A stretch of 64,000 nt of DNA, taken from positions 8,098,084-8,162,083 of the forward strand of contig NC_057750.1 in NCBI RefSeq assembly GCF_004010195.1, read 5' to 3'. Position numbers and translations under genes: made by a program. Below, in pieces: positions 1 through 13,830 of this stretch (positions are counted from its first letter, which is position 1; every line of letters starts with the position of its first letter). The notes under the pieces were generated by a model. That model saw only the letters and a list, made by a program, of their open reading frames with translations, ran no database searches and was not told the DNA's origin. Origin of the DNA: Chiloscyllium plagiosum (taxonomy: Eukaryota).

Positions 1-1335
1 AAAGCCAGGGAACTATACCCAGGTGAACTTTGCTTCAGTGTTGAGTAAGGTGTTGGGAATTCTGGGGGACAGGATTTGCTTGTATTTGGAAAGGCGTGGA
101 CTGATTAGGAATAGTAAGTATGGCTTGCTGGGAAATCATGTCTCTCTAATTTGAGTTTTTTGAAGAGGTGACAAAGAAGATCGAGTGGTAGACATTGATT
201 ATGGCTTTCAGCAAAGCATTTGATAATATTCTCATGGTAGACTGGTTACTAAAGTTAGATCACATGGGACACAGGGTAGCTAGCCAATTGGATACAAAAT
301 TATCTTTGAAGGTAGGAAACAGGTGGTGGTAGAAAGTTGTGGTTTTTGGACATGGAGGCCTGTAACTAGTGGTGTACCACAAGGAATTGTGCTGGTTCCA
401 CTGCTTTTCATCATTTATATAAATGATTGGAATGTGAATAGGTTATATGGTTAATAAGTTTGCAGGTGTCACCAAAATTAGTGGTGTATTGGATAGTGAA
501 GATTATCTCAGAGTACAATGGAACTTTGATCAGATGGTCCGATGAGCCAAGAAATAGCAGATTGGGTTTAATTTAGATAAATGATGTGTGTTGCATTTTG
601 GTAAGGCAAACCATGGCAGAACTTATAAGTGTAATGAATGGTAATGTCCTGGGGAACATTGCTGAACAAAGAGACCTAATGAAACAGGTGCACAGTTCCT
701 TGAAAGTGGAGTCACAGACAGGGTAGTGAAAAGGCTGTTTGGCACGCTTGCCACCTTCACTCAGTGCATTGAGTACAGGAGTTGGGATGTCATGTTGCAG
801 CTGTACGGGACATTGATTAGGCCACTTTTGGTGTATTGTTGCTCTTCTATAGCAAGGTTGTTAAAACCTGAGGGGGTTCAAAAGGGTGCTGCCAGGGCTG
901 GAGGGTTTGAGCTTTATGGAGAGGCTGAATCGGCTGGGGATTTTTTCCCCAGTGTCGAAGGCTGAGGGGTGACTTTAGAGTTTTATGAAATCATGAGGGG
1001 CATGGATAAGGTGAGTAGTCAGTCTGATTTTTTTTTTTCCCCCAGGGTAGGGGAGTCTAAAACTAGAGGGCATAGGTTTAAGATGAGGGAGGGAAAGGGG
1101 ACCTGAGAGGCAACTTTTTTGCGCAGAGGGTGGTGCATATATAGAATGAGCTGCAGAGGAAGTGGTGGAGACTAATACGATTACAACATTTAAAAGGTAT
1201 CTGGACAGTTACATGAATTGGAAAGGTTCAGAGGGATTTGGGCCAAATGCTGGCAAATGGGACGAGATCAAATTGGGATGTTTGGTCAGCGCTGATGAGT
1301 TGGACCAAAGGGTCTGTTTCCGTGCTGTATGACTC
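1..1335 (+). mobile_element. CR1-clade LINE, degraded RT through 3' end
   Basis: Frameshifted RT remnants (SCLSNL, FSKAFD, GVPQG, MLQLYGTLIRPLL) and a typical 3' tail (gggtctgtttccgtgctgtatgactc). Confidence 0.9.
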
Positions 1336-1835
1336 AGATTTCACTGCTTCCTGCCCTGTTTTTAACTGATGTTTTAGAAATACAGCTATAAATATTCTTA
1401 AGGACTCATTTCCTTGATTACAGCAAGTTAAATTGAGCAGCACGATGTGTTTTGCTGGGAACTATTGTATAACCCTGATAAATAATCTCTTTATTGTTTA
1501 GAAGAATTGTGTCATTTAAGACACTGTTGAAGAAAACATATTGGTGTTTTTGGCTTTTGCTTGGAACTGCTTTTATGTACTGCATAATTCATCTACTTGG
1601 ACTTGAAAGTTACTTGGCAATTTATATTAAAGTAACTGCTTTAGGCAAGGGTGAACTGAATGAGGTCGAGCACAGCCTTGCTGTTGTTTGTGAGGTAATT
1701 CTATCTTTGGTATGTTTTCTTGAGGACGCACAAGGTGCGGACATAATTACTTGTCTTCTGAGCTCAGGAAGGTCCTAAATTTGAAGCGAAGAACTCGCTT
1801 TTTGAACTCCACTAGATTGACAACTGCCTAAAGAC

Positions 1836-1998
1836 CAGGAAAATTGACGTTCGGGCAAAAGCCCTTCATCAGGAATGAGGTCTTTTGCCCGAAACATCGA
1901 TTTTCCTGCTCCTTGGATGCTGCCTGACCTGCTGTGCTTTTCCAGCACCACTCTAATCTTGACTGTAAACTCCAGCATCTGCAGTATCCACTTCTGCC
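1836..1998. mobile_element. Short Penelope-derived fold-back element with hammerhead-like motif (family A)
   Basis: gacgttcgggcaaaagcccttcatcagg in inverted orientation to tcttttgcccgaaacatcg, followed by the family tail gatgctgcctgacctgctgtgcttttccagc...ccagcatctgcag. Confidence 0.8.
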
Positions 1999-2224
1999 TA
2001 ATTGCCTAGAGTTCAAACAAACCTACCCAATTTTCTGATCCACCACTGTCGTCAATGTGAGCAATAGGTTGAGACTGCAATGAGTGTCCGGTTTATTTTA
2101 AACCTTTCAAAACACTAGCAGGTGACTTTAGAAACAACTATTGAAAGTTGCTCCAGTTTAGAGGTTGTGCACTGTATAGGGGATTTAGATCATGGTCTAT
2201 GTAATATTGGGACTTATGGTTAAA

Positions 2225-2530
2225 AACACAAGACCACAAGACATAGGAACATAAGTTAGGCCATTCACCTCATTGGGTCTGCACCACCATTCAGTCATGG
2301 CTGATAAATCTCTCAGACCCATTCTCCTGCTTTCTCCCCATAACCCTTGTTCACCTTGATACTCAAGAACCTATCCGTCTCAGTCTTATACTCAATGACC
2401 TGACCTCCTCTGTCTTCTGTGGCAATGAATTCCACAGATTCACCACTGTCAGGCTGAAGAAGTTTCTCTTCCTCTTCATTGTAAAAGGTCTTCTCTTTAC
2501 TCTATGGTTGTGCCTTCGGGTCCTAGTCTA
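2225..2530 (-). mobile_element. CR1 LINE 3' fragment
   Basis: Reverse-complement CR1 3' end (aagaccacaagacatagga...ggcaatgaattccacagattcaccac), similar to 33416-33720. Confidence 0.8.
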
Positions 2531-2689
2531 TTTTGTCTAGAAGGTTTGTCGCTGAATAGAGGTTTTCTTTTGGTTGCACAGACTTTGGTTATCTTAGTCA
2601 TACTTTCTGGAACTGCCTTGCAATATCCTTTTGACTGTTTTTAACTTCACCTTGGGGAACATCTGCTTAATCTTTATTTTTCCAACAAT

Positions 2690-2830
2690 TGGGTATGCCT
2701 TCCTTCATTGTTCAGAGCATTGAGTATAGGAGTGGGGAGGTCATGTTGCAGCTGTGCAGGACCTTGGATTATTGTGTGCTGTTTTGGCCTCCCTCCTATA
2801 GGATGGATGTTGTGAAGCTTGAAATGGTTC
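2690..2830 (+). mobile_element. CR1 LINE RT fragment
   Basis: cattgagtataggagtggggaggtcatgttgcagctg resembles the CR1 copy near 765-830. Confidence 0.7.
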
Positions 2831-2854
2831 AGAAAAGATTGACAAGGAGGGCTG

Positions 2855-3045
2855 TACGCACCTCTTGAGCAGGTGGGGCATAAAAATGGGCCTCCTAATC
2901 CAGTGGTATGGACAGTACTACTACACCAGAAGAACTGTCCTCTAAATGGATTCAGATATTTTCTAATCAACCTGCTCAGAAGTTATAACACACCTCTGGA
3001 TCAGGTGGGACTTGAATCCAGGCCTCCTGGCTCAGAGGTTAGAAT
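2855..3045 (-). mobile_element. Two degraded short tRNA-derived SINE copies
   Basis: acacctctggatcaggtgggacttgaatccaggcctcctggctcag (reverse B-box-like); related to 3645-3788. Confidence 0.55.
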
Positions 3046-3644
3046 ACATTTCTTTGAATATTGAGCTACTGTCAACTGATGCTGCTTTTAATTGATAGCT
3101 ATGGGTATAATTGCATTTTTAATTAGAGCCAAAATGAGTCTAGCTGCTATACCTGTGCAGTTTGAAGCTGGTTAAAGTTGTTCAAGCAAAATTATTTAAC
3201 AACCTTTTTTCTGTTCCATGTATGGAGTACTTTTCTTTTGACAGCAAGCTAAAGGATTGACCAAGATGTAGTGGGTAATAAAATCATAGCACAGGATTAG
3301 GCTTAAATTCACGCAATCTCCTGCTTTATTGAAAAGATAACATCTTGGAAGGTTGTTTGGAAGCCTAGTTCCAAACTAATCATCTCTAAGAAACATCTCA
3401 GTTGATTTAAAAACTAGTTGGCACCATCCTTGCATGTATATTCTTAATCAATTTTAAATTTTGGCTTAAAGCTAAGATACCACGTCAATGGTGGTTGACC
3501 TTACTAACCTTACCAGATTTACTCTAGATTGCTGAAATGTTTGAGGAAATAATGCAAGTATTAATAATTGTACAAATTCTTGTTAATCACTTGAAAGAAG
3601 TGAGTGAAGTTGCACCCTTGTTTTAACCTACTTTCTAATCAATG

Positions 3645-3788
3645 TGTTCAGCGATGTTATTACACATCTCCGAAGGGTCTATTTCTGTGCTGTACATCTC
3701 TATGACTCTATCTCTGGATCAGGTGGAACTTGAACCCTGAGCTCCTGGTTCAGGGTAGGGATGCTAGCACTGCACCACAAGAGGGCCC
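3645..3788 (-). mobile_element. Short tRNA-derived SINE interrupted by a ~40-nt CR1 tail
   Basis: Minus strand reads tggtgcagtgctagc (A box-like) ... ggttcaagttcc (B box). A CR1 tail cgaagggtctatttctgtgctgtacatctctatgactc is inserted at about 3671-3710. Confidence 0.6.
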
Positions 3789-4529
3789 CACCCTTTCTTT
3801 TAATAAAGGAAGGTGGTAATTTAGGTTACTGTACTTAGTCTAAAATTAGCAAATTGAAATGCTCATAATAGTCAAGGGTAACATTAGAAAGCTGCCTATT
3901 GAATGCATGGTTATAATGATCTTGAGCAGAAATCTAGGTTGAATTTTGGAAATAAAATTGTAAATCTACATGTCTATCAAAATACAAAAGCGTGAATAGT
4001 ATTAAATCGATAAAATTGCATCAACTTGGGTATGGTATTTGCAGTTTTGAGAGGCCATTTTTAAAAGTAGAAAATAGGCAATTTAGATGAACTTGGAATG
4101 ATAGCTGGGGTGAAGGGACAGTTGTGATTTGAACTTCTCTGAATTGCAAAATCAGCATTCAGCAGGAAATGGGCTGATATTAGAAAACTTCAATTAAGTT
4201 TGAGAAGGTTTGAAGTTTTTGACTTAAATTGTTCAGTACGTCAAATGAGAATAACTTAAGGATTAATAATTAAAAACGTTAGTTGGAGATGTAGAAGTTT
4301 TTCTATACTAAGTTATTAGAATATGGAAGTTACCAGAAACTAATTCATTAGTGGGAATTCAGTGGTTGTTGAAAAGTATTCATAAATATTGAGAAACAGG
4401 AAACGGGAGCAGATAGCTTCTCTGGAGATAAAACAGGATAGGTGGAACTGTTTTATTTTTATTTATTTATTTATGGGATGTGAGCATGTTGCTGGCAAGA
4501 CTGGGTTTATTGCCTTAATTACATTTTGA

Positions 4530-4846
4530 ATTTGAGAGGGTTGGGCAGGTCCAGAACAAGAGGACGTAGGTTTAGGGTGAGAGCGGAAAGATATAAAAGG
4601 GACCTGAGGGGCAACCTTTTCACACAGAGGGTGGTGTATATGTATCCACTGAGCTGTCAGAGAAAGTGGTGGAGGCTGGGACAATTGCAACATTTAAACG
4701 GCATCTGGATGGGTATATGAATAAAAATGGTTTAGAGGGATATGGGCTGGGTGCTGGCAGGCGAGACTAGATTAGGTTGGGATATCTGAATGATGTGGAT
4801 GAATTGGACCAAAGGGTCTGTTTCCGTGCTGTACATCTCTGACTCC
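4530..4846 (+). mobile_element. CR1 LINE 3' end
   Basis: Translates SRTRGRRFRVRAERYKRDLRGNLFTQRVV, followed by the 3' tail. Confidence 0.9.
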
Positions 4847-7800
4847 AATTCAATTCATATATTATAACAAAATGTTTCAGCATGTCTTAACATTACTTTG
4901 AATCATGGGACCAATTGACAGGGTCTTGATATTTCATATGACTGTACAGTATGAGGCTTAAACCTATAATCTCTCATGACAAGAGTGTTTTCAACAAAGC
5001 CAAGCTGATGCAATCTACTCAAGGTTAGTGGGTTCGGAAGAATTGAACTATTGTAGTATCAACTGGGAGCGTGTGCGGGGTATTATTCATAATATTATGT
5101 TATCCCCTACCCCTTTCCAAGAAATAAATCTTGCTTTTTTTTTGTTTGTTAATTTGCTGATAAAACCTTCAGAACCTGTTTTCTGTAACATTATTTTGAA
5201 TGTGAACAGAGCTGAAATGTGACCGTTTGATTTGTGCTTCTGCTGCCCTGGGACAGTTCCATTGCCTCTGGCAATAGTTAACATCCTCGATGAAGATATC
5301 AGGAAAAGAATCTGGAGCACAAGCAAAAAAGGCTGTTAGATTTCAACTGAATATTACTACCATCAGGCCAGAACTTTCATGTCATGGATAGTGCCTTTCT
5401 GGATTGTCTTACCACCTGAGTGCCTGGTGATTGATCATCTGAAGGACCTCCAAATCAGCAGTGCAGTCAGCTGTCTGATTCTTTTTGCTTAAAAACCTAC
5501 CAAGAAAATTATTATTTTTTTAAAGAGTTCAAGGTTTGCATGTCATTTTTGTCCTTGACTGAAAGTCACGATTGCAGCTACTTTCCAGCACCTTTTATCT
5601 ACTATAACTGAATTGTTTCGTGGGATTGATATGGGCACTTCATTAAATCTTTCATCCTTTTATGCTATGATACTTGTCATGTGAGGTATTGTGGGCATGA
5701 ACATTTGTGTTAATGCTACTGTGTTTAAATAATGTGACTTTTGGACTTGACTTTAGAGTGCATATGATTTGTGTTCCTCTCAATGTACAAAAAAGGCTCC
5801 CAGTTTATCGAAGGTCACTTTATCATATGTGAATTTTGACAGAGTCTCAGGTTATTTCAATGTGCAGAGTCTTTCTGACTTCTGAAATTCAGACATCTGT
5901 TCGAGACAAACATTTTTTGAAAAATATACAAATATTCCCCATTTCTAGCCTCTTTGGCTGTCATCTGTTTTTGGATAAGTTTGGATTGTTCTGGTTTGTT
6001 CCTATATGTGGGCAATGCTGGTAAGGTCTCACTGCAGGTCCTTGGCTACCCTTCTATAGCAATTGTTTTACAGCTGAGTAACTTGCCAAGCCACTTCAGC
6101 AGGCACTAAGAATTGGTAGGTTTTTTAATGATGATTCAGTAATTTTTATGGTGAAGGCCTGCAGATTATTAGGTTTATTGAACATGGTTTCTTAAGTTAC
6201 TATTGTAGCCTTTCAACATCCAACCTCTGACTTGTGGGTCAAATACCTATAATAGAGCATTTCCAGAAGTGTGTAATAGATTTCAGAAAATAGGATTCAG
6301 CTGACATATTGCATCTTCACCTATTCCAGAGACACTAAAGTCAGTTTTATTTTCAGTTTTTCCTGATCCGAAACAGACTAGGGTCAAAGTAAGGATATAT
6401 TTAATCATTTGGCTCAGTACTACCCAATCTTAATTTACTGTTTACTGAAGCTTCTTGATCGTCAATGATTTCTTCACGTGACTAGAAATGGGACCAGAGA
6501 ACAAAAATACAGATCAATGAAAAGTTAATTGACAAGTGATATACAATGGAAACAGGCCATTCTGCTCATCCAGTTTTGCAATGTTTATGCACCTCTTGAA
6601 CCTCTTTTCATCACTCATTCAATTCTGATCAGTGTTATACTCTGTTTTCTCCTTGCATTTGTTTGTTTAGCATCCTTTCAATTTTCTGTTTCAGCCACTC
6701 CGTGTTGGAGAACTTCATATTCTGATTAGCTGGTCAAAGAATTTCCTTCTGAAATTCCTATTTGATTGATAATTATTTTGTTTGGTTCTGGTAGAGGTCA
6801 TGGAAATGAAACGCCTAACCTTATTTTCATTCACTCATATGCTGCCCGACATGTTGACTACTTCTAGCATTTTTGTTCTTGTCTCAAGTCAGTTTGGTTA
6901 AAATGCAGCTGGAAGTTAGCTTGGAGAAAGTGTTATCGTGTTGAGCTTTGTCTGAAAAAGGATGTTTCTTTCTTGTCCTATCTTTTCCAGTTACTTTTTC
7001 TCTCTGTAACTGACCTTTAATTCTGAGGCATTGTATGGTGTAACCTTACTTGTCAATTGCTACAATGATTTCAGACTGGAGGGAAGTGTTGCTTCCTTGT
7101 TTGTGGATGTGTCCATAAAATTGGAAAAATATAGCACTTTATCATAGCTTCCCTCCCTAAAATGTTCAAAATAAAACTAAATGACCAGAATTCATTGTGT
7201 ATAACTCCTGTAGTTGTCATAAGTTTTAAATGTCTACAGTTACTTTAATAATTATTAAATATTTAAAAGAAACTACAATTGAATTAAGTACACTGTCGGA
7301 TGATCTATCAAGCAAGTACAAAGCATTACTTAATTAAACTGAACATGATCAAATCCTTTTAAAAATTCTGTTTCTGTTAAAACAGAGCATTCGGGTATGG
7401 AATTGAGACTTTCTGGTTAATGTATCTTAGTCATAAACTTTAACCAGCTGGAGAAGTTTTGAAGCTCCTCCATTTTAAGCAATGAAAATTAAAGATTAAA
7501 ACTGCAGTTTGCCTTATTCTGTGGAAATAAGTTAACTCTAGCCTTGATTATCCCTTCAATGCAGGGAATGTTTCCATTACATGATTTCTGTGAAGTATAA
7601 TATTCAGATGCATTAATATTTTGTACTTGTGCCGATTGAGAAATACAATTAGGAAAGAAAAACAAAATATTGAAATGTACATCAATTGATTAGTATCTGA
7701 AAAGATGGCTTGACGTTTTTGTGAAGACTGCCATACGGTTTGCCAGTTTCTAGTCCCAATAGGACACAGTTTGCATTTTGTGTTTTTCTTTTCTCTCCTG

Positions 7801-9039
7801 CTATACTGCGCAAGAAAGATAAGTTTATGCTACATAATGAAGGGCTGGTGGTTACAGCGCTGTCATTGTTTGGTGGTTGTGGCAGCAGCAATTTAGGGTG
7901 ATGAATTAAGAATATGACAGGAGAAAGAAATTAATTTTAAGTAATTTTTCATTGGCAAAATAAACCCAGTGAGAACACTGATTAGCTAACTGTGTAGCCT
8001 GGTTCTGAAAGTTTACCAATTTGCATCGCATCATAGTTTTTTCCTTTGCTGTGGAACATGCTCACTGGTAATGTGCTATTTTGTATAGCAATGATCATCC
8101 TTTCAAGTAGCGGAATGCTGTTATGCAGGTCCTCTGCTCTGTGTGTGTGCCTTACTAATGAGAGCTCTGAGCCTGTCAAATTGTCATATTTTCTTACCCT
8201 TCCATTTATATCCAAAAGTTTAAGTGTATTAAATATAGTTTGATCTTTCCTTCTCTGCCAAATTGCAGTCATTGGGAGTTGTATGAAAAAAAATTATTCC
8301 ATTTCATCCCAATATGTATTTTTTTAAAAAGCATCCAAATGGAAGCAGCATTGTGTACTTGTTAAGCTAGTGCTCGGTAATCCTCACTAATTGAATGTGT
8401 TATCTTTCTTATTCTTTTGCTTTTTAAAATTGTCTGCAAATTTTTTTGTTGATAAGCTACTGTTTGCAATATCAGTTATTTTGTTTCTGGAATTCAAGTG
8501 CAATTCCCCTGTCAGTTATGATACAGTGTAGGCAGTAATAATTTATCAAGTATGCAGGCTGCTGAACACTTGCACAGTATAATTGAGGTCTTTATATTGA
8601 TCCCTGAAAGAATTGATGCTACTCTGATGTAATTTTTCTGCTGTGATTGTTGGGTGATGGCCTTGATGGTGCATTAGTTTCTTGTAAATAGCCTCTATTC
8701 TTAACAGTGGTGTTTAGTCTTATAAAGACAATAAGACCCACAGGATTAATCTGACCATAATTGGCCTTTGATGTATTACAGCAATGTTTAATGGTTATGT
8801 TAATTGAACTTTGTAGATTCTGTTCTAGTGCCAGTCTCTTGAATGAATTTCCTAAAAATACCAGAATTTAATTCCCTTGTCCTTTAATTGGGTAGTGACT
8901 AAAGTCGGTGCCCTGTATAATAAACCATAGATGGAAGGAGATCCTTGCTGAATTCCCATTGTGTACTGAGAAAACTGGCCTCTACCATGCAATTTGTGGT
9001 GGTGCTGCAATTGACATCAGATCCATATTAGTATGTGGA

Positions 9040-9330
9040 GTTGCTGACACATTATGTCTGGACTAACAATCCAGTTGCCCAAGCTAATGTTCACCGGTTC
9101 AAATCCAAGCATGTCACATGGTAGATTTTAATTCAATTGGTTTAACAAAAAAATTGGAACTGAAAGCTAAAACTGACTGTCAGTCACTGCTGTAAATACC
9201 CATCTGGTTCATAGATTTCCTTTTCTAAGGATATTAATGTCCTTGCCTGGTCTGGCCTACATGTGAATTCAGACCCACAGTACTGTAGTTGATTTGTCAG
9301 TGCTCTCTAGAAGAGTTAGCATCTAGTAAT
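9040..9330 (+). mobile_element. Old SINE, DeuSINE/SacSINE1-like
   Basis: B-box-like ggttcaaatcc plus the core ccttgcctggtctggcctacatgtgaattcagacccacag, shared with 9560-9730, 19915-20290 and 23930-24420. Confidence 0.6.
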
Positions 9331-9559
9331 AAATTCTAGGCTTGATATATGCACTTGGGCTTTGTATATGAAATTTTAAAAAAAAACAAGATGTGTATTT
9401 AGGAAATGAGCATGAGAGCTACTGTGCTTGACTCTTGACAAATGCACTGATACAAGGAAGGAATGCATCCCATTCAGGACAGGGAGAACTTCTAACTAAA
9501 TATGAATTGCCAGTTCTTCTATCAGTGCATCTTGTGAACCTCACCAATTTAATAAATTC

Positions 9560-9730
9560 TGGATTTGAAAACAAGCCTCACTAATGTCATTAAAAACTCA
9601 CTTGCAAAAGGAAATCTGTTGTCCTTACCTGGTCTAGCCTATGTGTGACTCCAGATCCATCGCATTGTAGTTGATTCTTAAAATTCAGTTGTCAGCAATG
9701 CAATTAAGGTCAATTAGGGGCAGGAAATGA
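9560..9730 (+). mobile_element. Old SINE fragment, DeuSINE/SacSINE1-like
   Basis: aaggaaatctgttgtccttacctggtctagcctatgtgtgactccaga core. Confidence 0.6.
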
Positions 9731-11489
9731 AAATGAGTTTTAATTTTCGATTTTGTAAAGTTTTTTGACTTTTTTTAAAAAAGGTTCAAAACAAAAATTT
9801 GAACAGTGAATTCAAACATTTACAAGAAATCATGTGATCTAAGCTAACTCATCATCTGTCCATCTGGGGAGGTAGTTGCTAAGCTATTTGTTGATTTGAG
9901 TTTGATCTCCTGAGTCAGAAGATCACAAACCGATTCAGAGACCTTATTTAGAACTGCCAAATTGCTCTTAGTAGCAGTGTTCAAATAGTCTGGGCAGGGG
10001 AGAAGTCCTGAATTTCTAAACCGTGAACTCCACAAGTCCAAGTCTCTGGAGTTGTCAGAACTGGACATCCTACAAGGGAAGTCAGACTTAATATTTTGGG
10101 TCTGCAGTTAATTCTGATTCTCTTCACAGACGCTGCCACGCCAGCAATTTCTGATTTTTAAGAGTCAAAACTTTACACCATCTGTACTTTTCATTTTGAC
10201 ATCCTACAGGACCCATTTATATTATAAGTTTAGGGAGCCAAGATGGAGTGATGCATGAGAAGTTTGTTTTAAAGGATTCTGTGACATTAGCTGAAGAAAA
10301 TAGTGCAGAAATTTACTAAAAGAGAATCAGCTGTGCCAGCTGAACAAGAAGCATGGGGTGGGTGTGATGCTTCAGAGGTTTGAATATCCTTAAGGCCAAA
10401 GGGATGAATTTTTCTTCCTGATATTTGCAATGTAATTATCCAATTGTTCTTTACTCGTCTAATTTTTTTTGGTGTGGAGAAATTGTTTTTGTTAAAAGTA
10501 CATTGGTAGCCTGCTATGAATATTTGCAATTAGTGACCTCATGAACAAAAATAAAAATAAAGCTTATAGTCTAGTGAGCCAGATTTCAATTTGAAATCTG
10601 ACTTGCCCAGTAATACCATTGACGGGGAACATAATACATAAAATATTTTTTTTAAAAAACAAAAGTATAGAGGAGAATATTCATCCTACATGCAATTGTG
10701 ATGGCAGAGCAGAGCTGTGATCTCCAGATGTAGAGATTTTAATTTTTTTGCCATGCCTGTTCACACAATCTTTGTTTATGATGTTTGGGGCTGTTTTGGT
10801 AAAATTTCCATTACAGCAATTTGGCTTGCCTGAGCCGCAGGAACCTATATCTTGAGCTGATAGAATACAAAGATCATGATGCTTTAAAGTGGAGAAGTTC
10901 AGAATTTAAAAGACTCTTTGCAATATGTAAGTGTCACAGGCAAAGCATTTGTTACCCATGCCTAATTACCATCTGAAGGTGTTTTTGTTCTGCCTCCTTA
11001 AACACTGTAATCCATGTGGTATAGTTAGTCTTTGTTCAAGGATTTTGATTCAGTAACAGTGAAGAAAGGAAAATATAGTTTCAATCGAGAGAACTAAGTG
11101 GTTTGGCACATCACCATGTTGGTGGTGGTGATGCTCCCATTTGATGTCTTCATTCCCCTCATTGATGTCTTTTGTACTGATGTACTGGATTCCCATCATT
11201 GAGGATGGGGTGTCCTCATGTAATGTTGTAAGATTTAAATTGGACTATCTCTCTAGACTTTAATGTAATATTAAAGGGTTAAACTGTGCTGGCTTCCTCC
11301 AGAAGCTGAATATTATGGAAGTTGGTGTGGACGACACTTCATGCAGGAATGCGGATGATTCCCACTTCATTTGGGCAGCCTGTGACCAGCGGTGTTCCAT
11401 AGTGAAGAATTTAAGTGTGTTCAAGAAAATTTTCTTTAACAATACGTGGATGCTCCTACTCGAAGGAGAAAAATTAGGCTGCCTGGGTG

Positions 11490-12700
11490 AACTTTTCACT
11501 ATAGTTTCCCTTGTTTATGTTTCCAACCTACTTTAAACAAAAATACAGCATTAGCCATCCTCCAGTCAGCAGACACCTCGCCAGTAGTTATAGATGATGC
11601 AAATATTTCTGCAAGGGGTCTCGTAATTACCTCTCTCATTCCTACAACATTCTGAAGGATTCCTGATGAAGAGCTTATGCTCGAAACATCTACTCTCCTG
11701 CTCCTCTGCAGTTTGACTGGCTGTGGTTTTCCAGCACCAAGTTCTTGTTCATCTCTTAGCCAAGTTTCCGTAATAGCTATGATGTCCCCATCCATATTTT
11801 TAAACATGCTGAGTTCATCAACCTTAGCTATAAGACCCCTTGCACTGAAATAAATGTAATTTAGCTCTTCAGAGTTACTACGTTCTCTGACTGTCACTTG
11901 TCGTCTTTTCTAATTGATGAGCTGTCCTCACATTCAGAACCTTTCCCCATCAATCCTTCTGTTTACACTGCAACTTAGAGTGGGGGTAGCGGAAGAATTC
12001 TATCAGTATAAAGTCTCCCTTTAATGTAATGAGCAAATCTCCCTGCTAAGATATTGGTCCCTCTTGCAGTTTAGGTTAGATCCATCCTTTTTGAACAGGT
12101 CTTTTCTATCCCAAAAGGCATTCCAATTGTCCAAAACCTTGAATCCCTGTACAGTACACCAGATCTTCAGCCATTGATTTATCACCTTTAACCTTTTGTT
12201 CCTTCTCTCCTTTTGAGTTTGGTATTGGAGAAAACCAGAAATTTAATACTTTTTCTAACGTTCTATTTTGTAGTCTTCTACCTAACCTCTTAAATTCACA
12301 CTCTGCTGCTCTAATCTTTCCCTAAAAATGCCATTGCTACCGGTGTGAACAATAATTACTGTACTGATTTCTCAATTTCATCTTTATGCTTAAAATGTTT
12401 AGAGACGTCCATATTCCGAGCACCAGGAAAGCAACAAACCATCCTAAATTTACGGTCACTGCTGCAGAATCTCAATGTTCCTGACAGGAGTGTCCCCACG
12501 AACAATTCTGTTAAATTTTGTCAAGCACTGCTTAACAAAAGAACCATTCCGAGTGTCCAATATCCAACTACCCTTCCATTTTCCTTGGAGAGACTAGCCC
12601 TCTCTATAGTTCTAAAACCTGAACATCTATTTGACAGAGGTGTGGCCACCACAGATCTTTTGAACTACCTTCTTACCTTTTCCAACTGGAAGATATTTTC
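11490..12700 (-). mobile_element. CR1 LINE 5'/middle fragments (APE endonuclease and inter-domain region)
   Basis: Minus-strand ORF 11499-11897 contains DIIAITETWL (APE motif) and PLAEIFASS...GEVSADWRMAN. Confidence 0.75.
11659..11739 (+). mobile_element. Family A PLE/hammerhead fragment inserted in CR1
   Basis: ttcCTGATGAaGAGCttatGCTCGAAACatc followed by a degenerate family tail. Confidence 0.75.
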
Positions 12701-12739
12701 ATTTTGTGGGGAAGACCAAAGATAAACAATGAATAAATG

Positions 12740-12995
12740 AAATGTGAAATTCAGGCAAAACTTCGTTCACCAGAGTGGTGAGAATGTGAAACTTGCTACC
12801 TCAGGGAGTGTTTGATATGGGCAGGATAGATGCATTTAAAGAATGATTAGATAAGTAACAAGGGAGAAAGGAATAAAAAATGTTTTGGTGGAGTTAGACA
12901 GAGATTGAGGGGAGAGAGATAGTGAGTGAGAACATTCCTGTGGAGCATTTGTCTGGTTGGGTCAAAAAACCTGTGTTTTTGTGCTGTAAAATTCC
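12740..12995 (+). mobile_element. Old CR1 3' end
   Basis: cagagtggtgagaatgtgaaacttgctacctcaggg...cctgtgtttttgtgctgt. Confidence 0.65.
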
Positions 12996-12999
12996 AGTA

Positions 13000-13184
13000 C
13001 AGGTAGTTCTTTAACACAATGGTTGCATTCTTGTGTAACCTCACATTGTTTCTAAAGCACACTTTTTCTATAACGCTTAGCATTGATGTCATTGCGTTAC
13101 AGCCAACACCCATTTTAAAAGTTCACGCTTTAGAAACCGCGTCCCCAGTCTTGTTAACAAAACGTGTTATTGTAGAATGACTTG
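13000..13184. mobile_element. Tc1/mariner (Tigger-like) MITE
   Basis: TA|caggtagttct...agaatgacttg|TA: imperfect terminal inverted repeats with TA duplication; related termini at 30880-31100. Confidence 0.55.
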
Positions 13185-13399
13185 TAATTTAATGGACTGT
13201 GTGAAAATTTCTTGTGCAATTGTTTGAAGTATTTTTGAATGAAATCTCAACAGGATTAAGTACTGATGGAATAATGATGGAACAATGAGATGAATTGCAT
13301 GTGTATTTCTCAGTGTGTTTACTAGTGGTGATCCTTTGGCTTTTTGTAGGTCTTTAGTGTAATCTCGACAATGCTTTAACTGAAATAATATAGGTGAAA

Positions 13400-13830
13400 T
13401 TGATTAATTATTGTCAAATGTATCCTAGATACAGTGAAAAGTTTTGGTTTTTGTGCAGTACGGGCAGATCATAATGTTCAAAATACATACGGGCAGGAGG
13501 ACAAAGGTGAGGAATACAAAGCTGTAGCTGCACAGAAAGTGCACAAAGTGAGATCAACATTTAAATTTAACATTTGAGGTCCATTCAGAAGTCTTAACAG
13601 TGGGGAAGAAGCTGTTCCTGCACTTGTTGATGCCTGTGATTAAGCTTTTATATCTTCTGCCCGATGGAAGAGGTTGAAAGAGATTATAACCATGGGTGGG
13701 GCCGTTGATCATGTTGGCTGCCATTCCAAGGCAGCAAGGAATATAGATGGAGTCCATGAAAGGATGTTTACATTGTGTGATGGACTGGGCTGTGTTCACA
13801 ATTCTCTATAGTTTTGTACAATCCTGGGAA
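13400..13830 (-). mobile_element. Rex1/Babar-like LINE 3' fragment
   Basis: Minus-strand translation LFQPLPSGRRYKSL...RNSFFP, characteristic of the C-terminus of this group. Confidence 0.65.

Noticed and set aside
7680..8300. Apparently repeat-free stretch that might be a conserved enhancer or cryptic exon
   Set aside because: No support without cross-species alignment; no convincing splice-site pair or ORF.
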